A stretch of DNA of 64,000 bases from an uncultured delta proteobacterium. Lineage in GTDB: Bacteria; Myxococcota_A; Polyangia; Fen-1088. A program made the position numbers and the translations under genes. Shown here piece by piece: positions 47,091 through 58,217 of this stretch (the first letter of the stretch is position 1; each line of letters opens with the position of its first letter). The DNA lies in the NCBI GenBank assembly GCA_963737265.1, contig CAVTRY010000023.1, positions 288,001 through 352,000 of the forward strand, given 5' to 3'. Under the pieces are notes generated by a model that saw only the letters and a program-made list of their open reading frames with translations, did no database searches and had not been told where the DNA came from.

Positions 47091-48742
47091 ACGGCGCGCG
47101 TGCCCGCAAGGAACTGCTATTCGCAATCGCGGCGCTGGCACTGGTCGCGGGTCTGGCGACCGAACGAGTGTGGAGGCTGTCGCGCGCGGCGCCGACTGAC
47201 TTCGACGACGCGTACATGTACCTGCGCTATGCCAACAACTGGCTCGCGGGACAAGGATTGGCGTGGAATCGAGGGGAGGGCTCTGTCTATGGCACAACCA
47301 GCCTGTTGCACGTCGCCGTCGTCGCGGCCGTGCGCTGGGCCTTCCCCCGAATGGCTCCGGCAGGCGTGCTGCGCGTCGCCTCCGGCGGGGCAGCTACCGG
47401 CCTGCTCGCGGCCTTGGTGGGAATGCTGGTGCTGTGCCGCCGGGCCGGACGGCGCGCGTGGATCCTTGCGTCCGCCCTGGTGTTGGTGCTCGTCGGGCAT
47501 CGCGATGCCTTCGTCTTTCACGCTGGCACGGGCATGGACACCATGCTGTCGGCGCTGGCCAACGCGGCGCTGGCTTTCAGCTCGCTGCAATTCGCCGCGC
47601 GTCCCACGGTGAAGCGCGGGGCGTGGACCGCTCTCATAGCTGCCATCGCCGTGCTTGCCCGACCGGACAACCTGCTGTGTGCCCTTCTTTGTCCCATGCT
47701 GGCCATCCTGCTGCTTGCGCCACGACCGTGGGGCAAGCCGCTCGCGATGTTTGGCGCGCTGGCGGGCGCTCTGCTCGCGGCGCTCGTGCTCGCCGCTTGG
47801 CGCCTGCTCGGGACTCCGCTGCCGCTTGCGTTTTTCGCCAAGCGACCCTGGTACTACGGTGGCTTCGCGGGCGAATTTACCTGGAACCCGTATCTTTTCT
47901 TCAGGGTCTTCCTGTCCACGGTGTGGCCCTTCGTCGCCGCACTGATCCTGCTCGCCGACCGCGCCGGCTGGCGGCGAGCCGCGGCGCTGCTGCTTCCTGC
48001 CTGCGCGAGCATGGCGATCCTATTTTCGTTCAACCAAATCATGGGTCACCTTGGCCGATTCTACTTTCCGTTCTTGCCCTTCTTCGTCGCCGCTGGCGCG
48101 CTCGAGCTCGCGTCGTGGTTTGATCGAGTCCGCGCCGGGCTGGCGATTCGCCTACGCGTCGTTCTCTTGCGCGCAGGCCTCGCAGTGGCTGCGCTGTTGC
48201 TCGGAGACTTCGCGCTGCTGGCCGCAGCGGAGCGCTACCAGGCTCGCGCCCAGTCCCAGACCCTGGCAGCGACGGGTGGCTACCACGTGCCGGCAGCTTC
48301 GCCCCTGCCCGAGCTCGACTCGTGGCAGTCGGCGCAAGCGATCGCGGCCATTGCCGCCGCCGCGCCCGACGGGACCAGCTTCGCCATGTCGGAACACGGC
48401 CTGCCCGGTGCCCTCGCGCCTCGGGTCGCGATCATCGACGTGCTTGGCCTTCACGACCGTTTCTTTGCCCGCAACGGATTCTCCGCGGCGGAGCTCTTCC
48501 GCCGTAAACCCGACGCCATCTGGATGCCCCACCCCGACCACACGCAAATGCTGCGCGACATTCTCGACAGCGACGACTTGTGGACGCATTACGTTTTCTA
48601 CCCAGACGCATTCACCTATGGTGTGGCGCTGCGTACCGATGGCCCTCGCTACGCGAACCTGGCCGCGCTGTTGGATGAGCAATGGCGAAGGGCCTATTTG
48701 GGCCTGCCCATGGCCGACTACGTGGCCGCGCGAGGCGAGTAG
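47087..48742 (+). CDS. GT-C-like membrane glycosyltransferase (AftB-like N-terminus)
   Basis: DDAYMYLRYANNWLAGQGLAWN.GE, GMDT, ARPD, IDVLGLHD. Confidence 0.65.
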   Translation: MNGARARKELLFAIAALALVAGLATERVWRLSRAAPTDFDDAYMYLRYANNWLAGQGLAWNRGEGSVYGTTSLLHVAVVAAVRWAFPRMAPAGVLRVASGGAATGLLAALVGMLVLCRRAGRRAWILASALVLVLVGHRDAFVFHAGTGMDTMLSALANAALAFSSLQFAARPTVKRGAWTALIAAIAVLARPDNLLCALLCPMLAILLLAPRPWGKPLAMFGALAGALLAALVLAAWRLLGTPLPLAFFAKRPWYYGGFAGEFTWNPYLFFRVFLSTVWPFVAALILLADRAGWRRAAALLLPACASMAILFSFNQIMGHLGRFYFPFLPFFVAAGALELASWFDRVRAGLAIRLRVVLLRAGLAVAALLLGDFALLAAAERYQARAQSQTLAATGGYHVPAASPLPELDSWQSAQAIAAIAAAAPDGTSFAMSEHGLPGALAPRVAIIDVLGLHDRFFARNGFSAAELFRRKPDAIWMPHPDHTQMLRDILDSDDLWTHYVFYPDAFTYGVALRTDGPRYANLAALLDEQWRRAYLGLPMADYVAARGE

Positions 48743-48803
48743 GTTCCGCGGAAGGCGCCGCGCGAGGATCGCCGACCCCGAGTGCGCGTGGTAATTCTTG
48801 ACC

Positions 48804-49766
48804 ATGATGTTCTCGCCGCCTGGCAACCTCGCGAGCCGCGCCGTCGCCTTTTTCCGCGAGCTGCAAGACCAAATCGTCGCCCGCCTGGAGTCGCTCGACG
48901 GGCAGCGCTTCGGCGAGGACGCCTGGCAGCGCCCGGGGGGCGGAGGAGGACGCGCGCGCGTGCTCGGCGGGGGCGACTTGTTCGAGAAGGCGGGCGTAAA
49001 CTTCTCGGATGTGTTCGGAGAGCTGCGACCGGAGCTCGCCGGCAGCCTGCCCGGCGAAGGAGCCGCCTTTCGCGCGACCGGCGTTTCCCTGGTACTGCAC
49101 CCGCGCAGCCCGCGCGTTCCCATCGTCCACGCCAACCTGCGCTTCATCCAGCGCGGCAGCACGGCCTGGTTCGGCGGGGGCACCGACCTTACGCCCTGCT
49201 ACGTGGTGGCCGAGGATGCTATCCACTTTCACCAGTCGCTGAAGGTCATGTGCGACCGGCACGATCCGGTCCTGTATCCGCGTTTCAAGCGCTGGTGCGA
49301 CCGCTATTTCTTTCTTCCCCACCGCGGCGAACCGCGCGGCGTGGGCGGCATCTTCTTCGACTATCTCGGCGCGGGAGCCGAGGCGACGGCGCGCGAGCCT
49401 TCGCCACCAGCGCCCGCGGAATGGGAATCCGCTGCGGAACGAACCTTCGCCTTCGTCCGCGACCTGGGCGAGCACATGATGGATGCCTACGTCGGCATCG
49501 TCGAGCGCCGGCGCGCTGAACCCTGGGGCGAGCGCGAGAGGGACTGGCAGCTCTTGCGCCGGGGCCGCTATGTCGAGTTCAACCTGGTCTACGACCGCGG
49601 AACGTTGTTCGGCCTACGCACCGACGGACGCGCCGAATCGATCCTGATGTCGCTGCCGCCCGAGGTACGCTGGCGCTACGACGCCCAGCCCGAGCCCGGC
49701 TCACAAGAGGCGCTGTCGCTCGAAGCGATCCGCGCCCAGCGCGATTGGGCGAGCGAAGCTATCTGA
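48804..49766 (+). CDS. hemF: Oxygen-dependent coproporphyrinogen III oxidase
   Basis: FEKAGVNFS, HANLRF, WFGGGTDLTP, RGVGGIFFD, RRGRYVEFNLVYDRGT. Confidence 0.96.
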   Translation: MMFSPPGNLASRAVAFFRELQDQIVARLESLDGQRFGEDAWQRPGGGGGRARVLGGGDLFEKAGVNFSDVFGELRPELAGSLPGEGAAFRATGVSLVLHPRSPRVPIVHANLRFIQRGSTAWFGGGTDLTPCYVVAEDAIHFHQSLKVMCDRHDPVLYPRFKRWCDRYFFLPHRGEPRGVGGIFFDYLGAGAEATAREPSPPAPAEWESAAERTFAFVRDLGEHMMDAYVGIVERRRAEPWGERERDWQLLRRGRYVEFNLVYDRGTLFGLRTDGRAESILMSLPPEVRWRYDAQPEPGSQEALSLEAIRAQRDWASEAI

Positions 49767-49937
49767 ACCGAGAAGCTCGATGTCGGACTGGTGCTCACCG
49801 AGAGCGAGCGCGAGAACATCGTCGTGGGTAAGCGGACAATCAAGGTGCGCCCGCTGACTGGTTGGCTCTGTGGTCTTGACGGTTAAATAACTCCCCATCG
49901 TCTTAGACGCAGAGTTCGACTGGTTTTTTCTGCTTAG

Positions 49938-50020
49938 TGCGAGGAGGGGGAATCGAACCCCCATGGCTCTTAACCGCTAGCACCTCAAGCTAGTGCGTCT
50001 ACCAGTTCCGCCATCCTCGC
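49938..50020 (-). tRNA. tRNA-Leu(GAG)
   Basis: GCGAGGA/TCCTCGC acceptor, CTAGC-TTGAGGT-GCTAG anticodon arm, variable arm, GGTTCGATTCC; no encoded CCA. Confidence 0.93.
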
Positions 50021-50111
50021 GGGTGAAGGGCGCTTATAGTCGTCCTAGAACATCAAGTCAACGCCACGTCGCGTTTTGAAGACGCGCCATCCCAGCGCAG
50101 CGGGGCTTGCG

Positions 50112-53100
50112 CTAGAACTTCGCGGCGGTGCCCAGGATTGCACGCAGATTGAGGTGCTCTTGACTGGCGAAGTAGCGCAACAACTCCCTGAGGGGACCGG
50201 GCTTGCGCGCCTGCTCGCGCAACAGCTCGTGACTGATGAGCTCCGGCGCGCCCGCCATGCTCTCTTGCACCACCACGTGGGCGGCGGCGCGCAGTTCGCC
50301 GCACAAAAGTACGCCGGCGCGATTGGCGGTTTCCAGCACCGCCATCCGCCAGCGAGCGCAGTCGATATCGTCGTCCGCGTGCTCGTGGAAGACTTCCGCG
50401 ATCCGTTTGGCCAACTTGTAGGGCAAGGCCTTCTTGAGCTTGGCGGCCTCCTCGGCGGCGCTATCCTCGGAGCCGGCGCGCCAGCGGTTGTGCTTGGGGT
50501 GGAAGGCCTTGAGCGTGGCGGTGAACAGATCATCGAGCGCCACCGGATCCATGGTGGCGGCCAGCACGTACTCGGGCCGCAGCAATTCCAGCGCGTGGCC
50601 GATGCGAAAACGCAACTCGGCCGTCGATCCGCCCTCCGCAAGGCTTTTGCCGATGACAACCGCGGCGGGCGCCGCCGCGACCAGTCTGACTCCCACGAAA
50701 TCGGCGTCGGGCTTGAGAAAGAGGCCGGCGCGCTGGTTTGACAGCGCCTTGCCGGCCTGACTGAAGATCTTGGCCACATCCAGATGCGAGATGGCGGACA
50801 CTTTGTCTTTCGCCGTCACACCGAGACTGTCCAAAGTCGAATGGCTCAGCCCCGGCACGCCCTCCCACAACGCCGCGAAGACCTCGGACACGACACGGGT
50901 GCCAGGATGGGCGAGATTTGCTTTCCGTTCGGCTTCGCCAATGACGCCGGCGTAGGGCTCATCGGTGGGGCGCTCGGGCAAGGCGTGACGATCGAGCACC
51001 GCCCGCTCGTCGCTGCTCGACAGTCCAAGGAGCTCGAGAATCTCCAGGCAGCACCACGCATCGTCGCTGCGCCCCTGTGCCAGATGATCGGTCGCCAGGG
51101 CGCGCAGCGAACCCTCACACCCGGGATCGATGCGCACCAACGCGCGGTGGTTTTCGATGGCAAGTGCGGCGTAAGCGAAGTTTTGCGCGTAAAGCTGCGC
51201 CAGTTGCACACGGGCCGACAATCGCTCGGGATCGAGCACCACGGCCTTTTCCAGCGCCGCGATACCCGCGGCGATATCACGCTCGGCGATTCCGTTGCCG
51301 AGCTTCTCCCAAAGCACGGCTCGGTTGCGTTCGGTCTCCCCGTCCGCGGCGGGTGGCAATCCGGGCAGCAAACGCTCCAGCGTCGCCGAGGCGTCGGCGC
51401 CGCGACCGGCCTGCTCGCAAGCCGTGCACAGCTGCCGCAGCGCCATCTCGTCGGTGGGATTGTCCTCGAGCACCTTTTCCAGCATCTCGGCTGCGTCGGC
51501 AAATTCGCCGATCTCGATCTGCAGATTTGCCACTTCGCACCGGCGGCTTGCCCGCTCGTTGGGGTCCGCGACCGCCTCGGCAATACGCCGCGCGGTGGCG
51601 ATGGCATCACCCACGGAGCCATCGCCGCGCTGCAAGTCGAGCATCTTTTCCAGCAACGGGATGGCGGAGGGCTCAACGGTTTCCAGCATCGTGGCGGCGT
51701 CGACATAGGCCCTTCGCGCCGCATCCTTGTTGCCGAGCGCGAGCTGCAAGTCGCCAATCTGTTCGAAAATCTGCACGCGCTCGTTCCGGTCGGCCGACGA
51801 CTCGGCCACCCGGCGCAACGATCGCGCGGCTTCCAGCTTGTCGCCGCGCTCGATGGCCAAGTCGGCCAGGGCACGCAGCGTCTGTGGGTGACTCGGCGAA
51901 AAACGCAGCGCAGCCTCGTGCAGCGCCGCCGCGCGCTCGGGCCGCCGCAGCTTGAGCTCGGCCTGTGCGGCGTGGGTCAGCGCCTGGGCAACCTCCTCGG
52001 GATACTGTGAAGCCATGGCATGCTCGGCGATGCCTTCGAGATGGGTGGTGGTCTCGCGCCAGCGGCGCGCTTGAAAACGGTTCTCGCCGAGAGCGATCCG
52101 CAGCATCAACTGTCCCGGCATGGCCCGGTCGGCCTCGATCAGCTGGCGATACCCTTCCTCCAGACGACCGAGCTTTTCGTAGACTTCGCCCAGCCGATGG
52201 TAGAGCTGCGCCGTGTGCTCGGGCTGCCCGCGCAGGCGGCGCAGGGCCTCGTTCAGTCGCCGTTCGGCTTTGCTCCACTGCTGTTCGCGGTAGTAGATGT
52301 CCGCCATGGTAATGACGGCCGGCAGATGGCCAGGATCGATCTCGAGCGCCTGATCGAGACGCGCTTCCGCCTCATTCAGCAATTCGGGATCTTCGCACAG
52401 AACGCGCGCAAGATTGGTTAGCGCCACGGCCTTGGCCGCCGGTGTTTCGCACGCCTCAAGCTGCCGCTCGTAAAGCTCCCTGCCCTCCTCGACCCGACCT
52501 TCAGCGGCCTCAAGCGACGCCAGCGCTCCTAGCGCATCAGGATTCTTGGGGTGATCTGCGACCGCGCGCTCAACGCAGACGCGCGCTTGCAGCGTATCGG
52601 AAAGCTGATCGCGGAAGACCGCCGCGGCCTCTAGCAAAAGGCCAGCCTGCTCGGGCTTTCCCGTCAGCGCATCCGCCTGTCGCAGCAAGGCCGCAGCGTA
52701 GGCGTGAAAGTCGTTGCGCTTGAGATGAAAGCGCGCCAGCGCCGACAACACCGAGGTCTCGCCCGGCGCCACATCGAGCGCCGACTCCAGCGCTTCGAGC
52801 GCGCCTTCGGCATCGTCCAAATCATCGGCTTTGAGCTGGGCCTTTTCGAGGTAGAGCGCAGCGACCAAGGCGGGATCGCTGTCGGCCTTGCCAAGCGTAT
52901 CGATGCGCTGATCGAGCATACGCAAGGCCTCGTGGGATAGCCCAGCGCTGCGCAAGTTGCGTAGCAGCGCCGTTGCCGTGTTCGGATCGGAGAGCGATTC
53001 CGGGCCGAGCTCGCGCAGGCACGCTGCAGCCGCATCGGGATTGCCGAGCTTCTCTTCGAGGATGCGAGCACGCCGCCAGATGAGATCCGAACGCTCGGCG

Positions 53101-56100
53101 CCCTCCGCGATTCGAATGCGGCGTTCGAGCACCTGCGCGAGAGCTTCGAAGTGTCCGACCGCCGTGTGCAAGCGATCGAGCGCGGCCAAGGCCGTCGCAT
53201 CGCCAGGCGACTTGGCCAAAATGGTTTCGTGGACCTCGATGGCCTTGGCGGGGAGGGCCAGCTCGCGTTCGTAAATCTCGGCGAGGTGACCACGCGCCTC
53301 GCGCGCATCGCCGTCGTCGCCCGCCAGCTCCAGCTCGCGCTGCAGAGCCGCGGCTGCCTTCTGCGCCATGCCAACCTTGCCAAGCAAGCGCGCCAGCGCC
53401 GCGTAGCCCGAGCGCGCCTCGCCGACGATCTCGGCGGATCGCTCCAGCCCCTCTTCGCCGAGTTTCTCTTCCTCGACGCTGGCGACGTACTTTTCCAGCG
53501 TGTCGACCGCCTCGTAGGGACGTTCCAGGCGCTGCTCGTAGAGCTCGGCCAGTTCAAAGGCCTTGCGGCGCATCTCCGGCCCTTCCAGCCGGCCTTCGCC
53601 CAGCATGGTTCGTCGTTCGAGCACGGTGGCGAGGTCGGACCAGCGCAAGGTGTCGCGATAGATGTGCTCCAGGCGATCGAGCGCCACCGGACTGCTGGGT
53701 TCGAGCACGAGTACGGCGCGGTAGCGCTCCTCCGCAAGCTCGCGCTCGGCCAGCTCTTCGCGGATCCCGGCCACGCGCAGGTTGAAAGCAACGATGTCGG
53801 CGCGCGATCCGTGCTCGGCCGCGCGCAGATAGATCGCACAGACCGCGTCCCATCGATTTTCGTTCTTCGCCAGGCGTTCCATCTCCGCGCACACGGCTTC
53901 GTCCTTGGTGTTGAGGGCAAAGGCGCGTTCCAAGGCTTCGAGCGCTCGATCCACGTCGTGCGCCCCGCGCATCCAGATATCGGCCACCTTCACTAAGTAG
54001 TCGTGGCGGGTGATCACATCGGCGGACAGCATCTCATAGGCCTGCACCCACTCCTGCCAGGGAGTTTCAAAAGTGGCCGTGATGTGCGGAACGAGCGGCC
54101 GGACGGCCTGCGGCGGCAGCGGCGTTTCGTCTAGAATGTCGACGTCGTCGATGTCGATCTCACCCGTGATTTCACCGGGGGACAACTCGACCGCCGGCTC
54201 GGAACCGGAACCTTCTCCCGCCGTTTCTTCCGACGCTGCTTCCGGCGTCGGCTCTGCTTCCCGCCCGGATTCGACCGCGCGTGCCTCTTGCGAAATAGTC
54301 TCGCCCGGCGGCAGAGTCTCTGACTGCGGCGGCAAAATGGCGGCCTGGGCGGTCGCGTAGCGCCCGATTTTTTCCGCCAGACGCCACAGGTTCTCGATGA
54401 CCTCTTCGTCGTCGGGAGCAAGGCGGAAAGCGCCGAGAAAGGCGCGAAAGGCACGCACGTCGTCCTTGACCTTGGTCTCGACCAACACGGCAGCACGCCG
54501 GGAAATCTCCACCTTCTCGGGCGCCGACTCCGCCCGTGCGAAGAGCTGACCCTCGACATTGAGGGTGTCCTCCCAACGGCCGGTGATTTCCGCTAAGCGC
54601 AGGATTTCCCGGTGCGACGATTCGCTGCCGGGATCGAGGGCGAATGCGCGGAGGTACTCGTCGAACGCGCCGGCCGGATCGTTCATGTCGTTTTCACGCA
54701 CCGACGCCCGCAAACGCAACAAGGCCGTGCGATCGGCGATGGCGGGCCGACCCCGCGCCACCTGCGCGTAGACGTCGAGCAGCCCCTGCCAGTCCGCGAT
54801 ATTTCGACCGAGCCGTTCCAACTCGGGAAGCAGAACTGTCCCTTCAGAATCGTGCGCAAGCGCCTCGCGCATGACCGCGAACGCGCGCGCGGGCGACCCG
54901 AGGCGCAGCTCGCACAGCCCGGCCACTTTGAGCGCCACATCGATCTTGCCCCGCGCATCCGTCGCCCGTTCGCCGTCGCCGAGGTAGACGCCGATCAAAT
55001 CTTCCCACAGAGCGTGGGCCAGGGCGGTGGCTTCGAGGCGACCGAGCGTCGTCTCATCGGGCTCTTCATGGTACGCGCGCCGGTACCACTCGAAGGCCCG
55101 GCGCGGCTCCTTGAGCATGGTTTCGGACGCGTCCGCCATCTCAAAGATCAAGCGGCGACGTTCCTCGGGATCTTTGGCCAGAGCGAGCAGTTTCTCGTCG
55201 GTGGAGATGAGCCGCTCGCCGTCACCGGCGGCGGCATAAAGCGCCGCCAGCGCCGCCAGCGCATCGGGCTGCTCCGCTTCGATCTCGAGCACGCGCTCGA
55301 ACGCGCGCATCGCCTTGCGCGAATCGGCGAGACGCTCGCGGCAGAGATAGCCCACCTCCAAGCCGCGCGTGATTCGCTCGGCCGGATCGGTGGTGAGCGC
55401 AAACTGGCGCTCGGCCACGCTGACGACGCGGGGCCAGTCCTGCATGGCCTCGGCCACCCGGCGCAGGGCCACGTGCGCGGCGACGCTCGACGCGTCCATC
55501 TCGTTGATGATCTGTTCGAGGGCGGTCACGGCCGCCGCAGGATCGGACAGCTCTTCTTCGAACAGGCGGGCGCGCTCGAGCGCCAAATCCGTGGCCTCGG
55601 CGGTGTTCGAGGCAACGGCGATCCGGCGCAGCAGCAAGTCGACCAGCGTGGAAAAATCGCCCATGTCCGCCGCGATCGAGGAAAGCGCCTCCAGCGCTTC
55701 TCGATCCGATGGCTGGATCTTGAGCAGGACCTGCCATGCCGCACAGGCGCGCTCGGTCTGTTTGAGATCGCTGCCAGCGAGACGAGCCAAGCGGCGCAAC
55801 GATTCGACTTGCGCGACCGGATCGCCTTCCTTGGCCTTGATTTTCACATCGAGAATGCGCGCCAAGTCCTCGGAGCGAGCTAGATGCTCGTAGGCCAAAA
55901 GGAGGGCGTCGATGGCGCGCTCGTCGTTGGGAACGTGCTTGACGACCTTTTCCCAGTAGGGAACTGCCTTGGCGACTTCGCCGAGGTCGTCCTGCAAGAG
56001 CCCGGCGATGTGCTTAATGATGTGCAGCTTCTCGTCGGACGATGCGGCGTAGCGCAGGTGGTATTCGAGCATCTTGACGAGCCGGGGCTTGTCGCCCGAC

Positions 56101-58115
56101 TTTTCCAAGATGGACTCGAGCTGCAACAGTGCGTCGTTGTCGCCTGGAACGAATTTCAGAATCTGCGCAGCGTCCAGCGAGGCGGCGGGGAGGTCGGCCA
56201 GCTTCTCCACGTAAATGGCGACCAAGCGACGCAGGATGCTGACCTTTTCCGCGTCCGTGGCGGCGATTTCGATCTGGCTGCGCAGGAGAGGCGCCAATTC
56301 CGCATAACGCTCGCCCTGCTCGTACGCCTCGACCACGTTACGCAAAGCGACGCCGTCGTGCGGGTCGATGGCCAGAATCTGCAGATAGACCACGATGGCC
56401 TGGTTGGCATCCGACAGCTTCTCGGCATGCAGCCGAGCCAAGCGATGCAAGACCTCGACCTTCTGCGTTGGTTCGGCGGCCCGCTCCGCCTCGTCGACGA
56501 ACAACGGCACCATTTGCGCCCACTGCTTGGTCTTCTGCAGGATGCGCTTCTGCGCCTCGCGCGCGCGCTCGTACCCGGGCGCAAGCTCCCACATGCGGCG
56601 CCACACGGCGAGCGTGCGATCCAGATCGCCGAGCTTGGTCTCGGCCAAGACTGCGATCTCTTCCAGACGCGGAAGCAACTCTTCCACAGGCTTGCCCAAC
56701 TTGCGATCGTGCTCGGCGGCGAATTCAAGCAGGTCAGCCAACTCGCCGAACGATCCGTGCGAACGGAAGTGCTCCGAGTAGCCCTTGAGTGCCTCGGCGT
56801 CGCTCGGGTTGTCCTGCAAAATGGCGTGCAGATAGACCGCCGCTTGCTCGCGGTCACCCAGACGGTCCTGATAGAGCGACGCCAATTCGCGCAGCAGCGC
56901 CAAGCGCGCCTCGGGCTCGGTGGTGCGTTCAAGCTGCTTTTCGCGCAGCTCGGCTAGCTTGCCGTAGTCCTGCCGGCCAAGGTAGAGCTTGGCCAGATGT
57001 TGCGAGGCCGGCCCGCCCGGCGGCTCGAGCGCCAAGATTTGCTCGTAGGTGCGGATCGCTTCGTCGAGATCCCCAAGCGAGGTTTGGGCGAGGTGTGCGC
57101 GCTTGGTCAGGATCTCGATCTTCTCGTGGCTGGTGCGCGCTTGGCCGGCGCGTTCGCGCAAGAAGCGGTCGAGATCGGCGACGCGGCCGGATTCGGTGAG
57201 GATGCGCTCGATGAGTGCGAGTGCTTCGACATGAAAAGGAACGGCCGCCAGCGCCTTGCGCACCGCCACGACGGCGTTGTCCACATCGCCCGCCTCATGC
57301 CGTCGGCGAGCGATCTGGTTGTACAGCCCTGCGGCACGATCGGCGCCATCCGCACCGGTCCAGTTGGGATTGGCGTACACGGACGCCAAGGCTTCGAGCG
57401 CTTTGTCGTCGCGCGGATAAAGTCGGACTACTTCGCTCAGCTTTTGCGCCGCCTGCGGCAGATCGCCGACCCGCTCGGCCAGAACCCGCCCCAAGCGAAA
57501 CATCAACCCGATGCGTCGCTTGGGATCGGTAGTTCCCGCGAGCTCGATTTCATACAGACGGCAAACCATCGGGTAGTCGCCAAGCGCGTTGTAGATCTTG
57601 CGCGTGGCTTCCACGGTCTTGAGATTTTCCGCCGTCACCTCGGCGCGCAATCCGGGCGTGGACAAGGCATGTTCGATGCGCGCGACCTGCTGGCCGTAGG
57701 TGCGCTCGACCTCAGCGCGCAGCTCGGCAATGCGAGGGGCATCGCGGGCATGGGCCACGGCAGCGGCTTCCACTTCGAGCATGTTGAGGTACTCGGTGGT
57801 ACGAGCCTGCTCGCGATAAATGTCCTTTAGCCGCTTGGCCGCCTTGCGATGGGTTGCATCGCGGCTGACGGCATGGGCCAGGTCGGCTTCGGCGCCCGAC
57901 ACATCCGAGAGGTGATCGACGCGCACCTCGGCAGCCAAGTAGAAAAGGTCGGCGGCCTTGGTCTGATCCGGGATCGCTTGGGCACGCGTTTCGTAAAGCG
58001 TGACTAGCTTGTCGAATCGTCCTGACTCTCGATAGGACCTCCGCAGGAAGAGAAAGGCCTCGTTGTGGCCCGGCTCGCGTTGTAAGGCCTGTTCATACTC
58101 GCGCTCGCTCGGCAT
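50112..58115 (-). CDS. Giant TPR-repeat protein (~2,670 aa), myxobacterial motility-associated type
   Basis: Continuous TPR-like helical repeats; C-terminal ELRFRIGHALE..ANRAGVLLCG..LLRYFAS domain. Confidence 0.85.
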   Translation of the reverse strand: MPSEREYEQALQREPGHNEAFLFLRRSYRESGRFDKLVTLYETRAQAIPDQTKAADLFYLAAEVRVDHLSDVSGAEADLAHAVSRDATHRKAAKRLKDIYREQARTTEYLNMLEVEAAAVAHARDAPRIAELRAEVERTYGQQVARIEHALSTPGLRAEVTAENLKTVEATRKIYNALGDYPMVCRLYEIELAGTTDPKRRIGLMFRLGRVLAERVGDLPQAAQKLSEVVRLYPRDDKALEALASVYANPNWTGADGADRAAGLYNQIARRRHEAGDVDNAVVAVRKALAAVPFHVEALALIERILTESGRVADLDRFLRERAGQARTSHEKIEILTKRAHLAQTSLGDLDEAIRTYEQILALEPPGGPASQHLAKLYLGRQDYGKLAELREKQLERTTEPEARLALLRELASLYQDRLGDREQAAVYLHAILQDNPSDAEALKGYSEHFRSHGSFGELADLLEFAAEHDRKLGKPVEELLPRLEEIAVLAETKLGDLDRTLAVWRRMWELAPGYERAREAQKRILQKTKQWAQMVPLFVDEAERAAEPTQKVEVLHRLARLHAEKLSDANQAIVVYLQILAIDPHDGVALRNVVEAYEQGERYAELAPLLRSQIEIAATDAEKVSILRRLVAIYVEKLADLPAASLDAAQILKFVPGDNDALLQLESILEKSGDKPRLVKMLEYHLRYAASSDEKLHIIKHIAGLLQDDLGEVAKAVPYWEKVVKHVPNDERAIDALLLAYEHLARSEDLARILDVKIKAKEGDPVAQVESLRRLARLAGSDLKQTERACAAWQVLLKIQPSDREALEALSSIAADMGDFSTLVDLLLRRIAVASNTAEATDLALERARLFEEELSDPAAAVTALEQIINEMDASSVAAHVALRRVAEAMQDWPRVVSVAERQFALTTDPAERITRGLEVGYLCRERLADSRKAMRAFERVLEIEAEQPDALAALAALYAAAGDGERLISTDEKLLALAKDPEERRRLIFEMADASETMLKEPRRAFEWYRRAYHEEPDETTLGRLEATALAHALWEDLIGVYLGDGERATDARGKIDVALKVAGLCELRLGSPARAFAVMREALAHDSEGTVLLPELERLGRNIADWQGLLDVYAQVARGRPAIADRTALLRLRASVRENDMNDPAGAFDEYLRAFALDPGSESSHREILRLAEITGRWEDTLNVEGQLFARAESAPEKVEISRRAAVLVETKVKDDVRAFRAFLGAFRLAPDDEEVIENLWRLAEKIGRYATAQAAILPPQSETLPPGETISQEARAVESGREAEPTPEAASEETAGEGSGSEPAVELSPGEITGEIDIDDVDILDETPLPPQAVRPLVPHITATFETPWQEWVQAYEMLSADVITRHDYLVKVADIWMRGAHDVDRALEALERAFALNTKDEAVCAEMERLAKNENRWDAVCAIYLRAAEHGSRADIVAFNLRVAGIREELAERELAEERYRAVLVLEPSSPVALDRLEHIYRDTLRWSDLATVLERRTMLGEGRLEGPEMRRKAFELAELYEQRLERPYEAVDTLEKYVASVEEEKLGEEGLERSAEIVGEARSGYAALARLLGKVGMAQKAAAALQRELELAGDDGDAREARGHLAEIYERELALPAKAIEVHETILAKSPGDATALAALDRLHTAVGHFEALAQVLERRIRIAEGAERSDLIWRRARILEEKLGNPDAAAACLRELGPESLSDPNTATALLRNLRSAGLSHEALRMLDQRIDTLGKADSDPALVAALYLEKAQLKADDLDDAEGALEALESALDVAPGETSVLSALARFHLKRNDFHAYAAALLRQADALTGKPEQAGLLLEAAAVFRDQLSDTLQARVCVERAVADHPKNPDALGALASLEAAEGRVEEGRELYERQLEACETPAAKAVALTNLARVLCEDPELLNEAEARLDQALEIDPGHLPAVITMADIYYREQQWSKAERRLNEALRRLRGQPEHTAQLYHRLGEVYEKLGRLEEGYRQLIEADRAMPGQLMLRIALGENRFQARRWRETTTHLEGIAEHAMASQYPEEVAQALTHAAQAELKLRRPERAAALHEAALRFSPSHPQTLRALADLAIERGDKLEAARSLRRVAESSADRNERVQIFEQIGDLQLALGNKDAARRAYVDAATMLETVEPSAIPLLEKMLDLQRGDGSVGDAIATARRIAEAVADPNERASRRCEVANLQIEIGEFADAAEMLEKVLEDNPTDEMALRQLCTACEQAGRGADASATLERLLPGLPPAADGETERNRAVLWEKLGNGIAERDIAAGIAALEKAVVLDPERLSARVQLAQLYAQNFAYAALAIENHRALVRIDPGCEGSLRALATDHLAQGRSDDAWCCLEILELLGLSSSDERAVLDRHALPERPTDEPYAGVIGEAERKANLAHPGTRVVSEVFAALWEGVPGLSHSTLDSLGVTAKDKVSAISHLDVAKIFSQAGKALSNQRAGLFLKPDADFVGVRLVAAAPAAVVIGKSLAEGGSTAELRFRIGHALELLRPEYVLAATMDPVALDDLFTATLKAFHPKHNRWRAGSEDSAAEEAAKLKKALPYKLAKRIAEVFHEHADDDIDCARWRMAVLETANRAGVLLCGELRAAAHVVVQESMAGAPELISHELLREQARKPGPLRELLRYFASQEHLNLRAILGTAAKF

Positions 58116-58217
58116 GCGGCCCTCCAAAAATTCGGTGGTCGTCCTCGGTTGGTGACCCCTGAGAGGGTCAAGGTAGCATCAGGGCGCAAGGAAACCAAGG
58201 GGTTAGGAGAGCCCATC

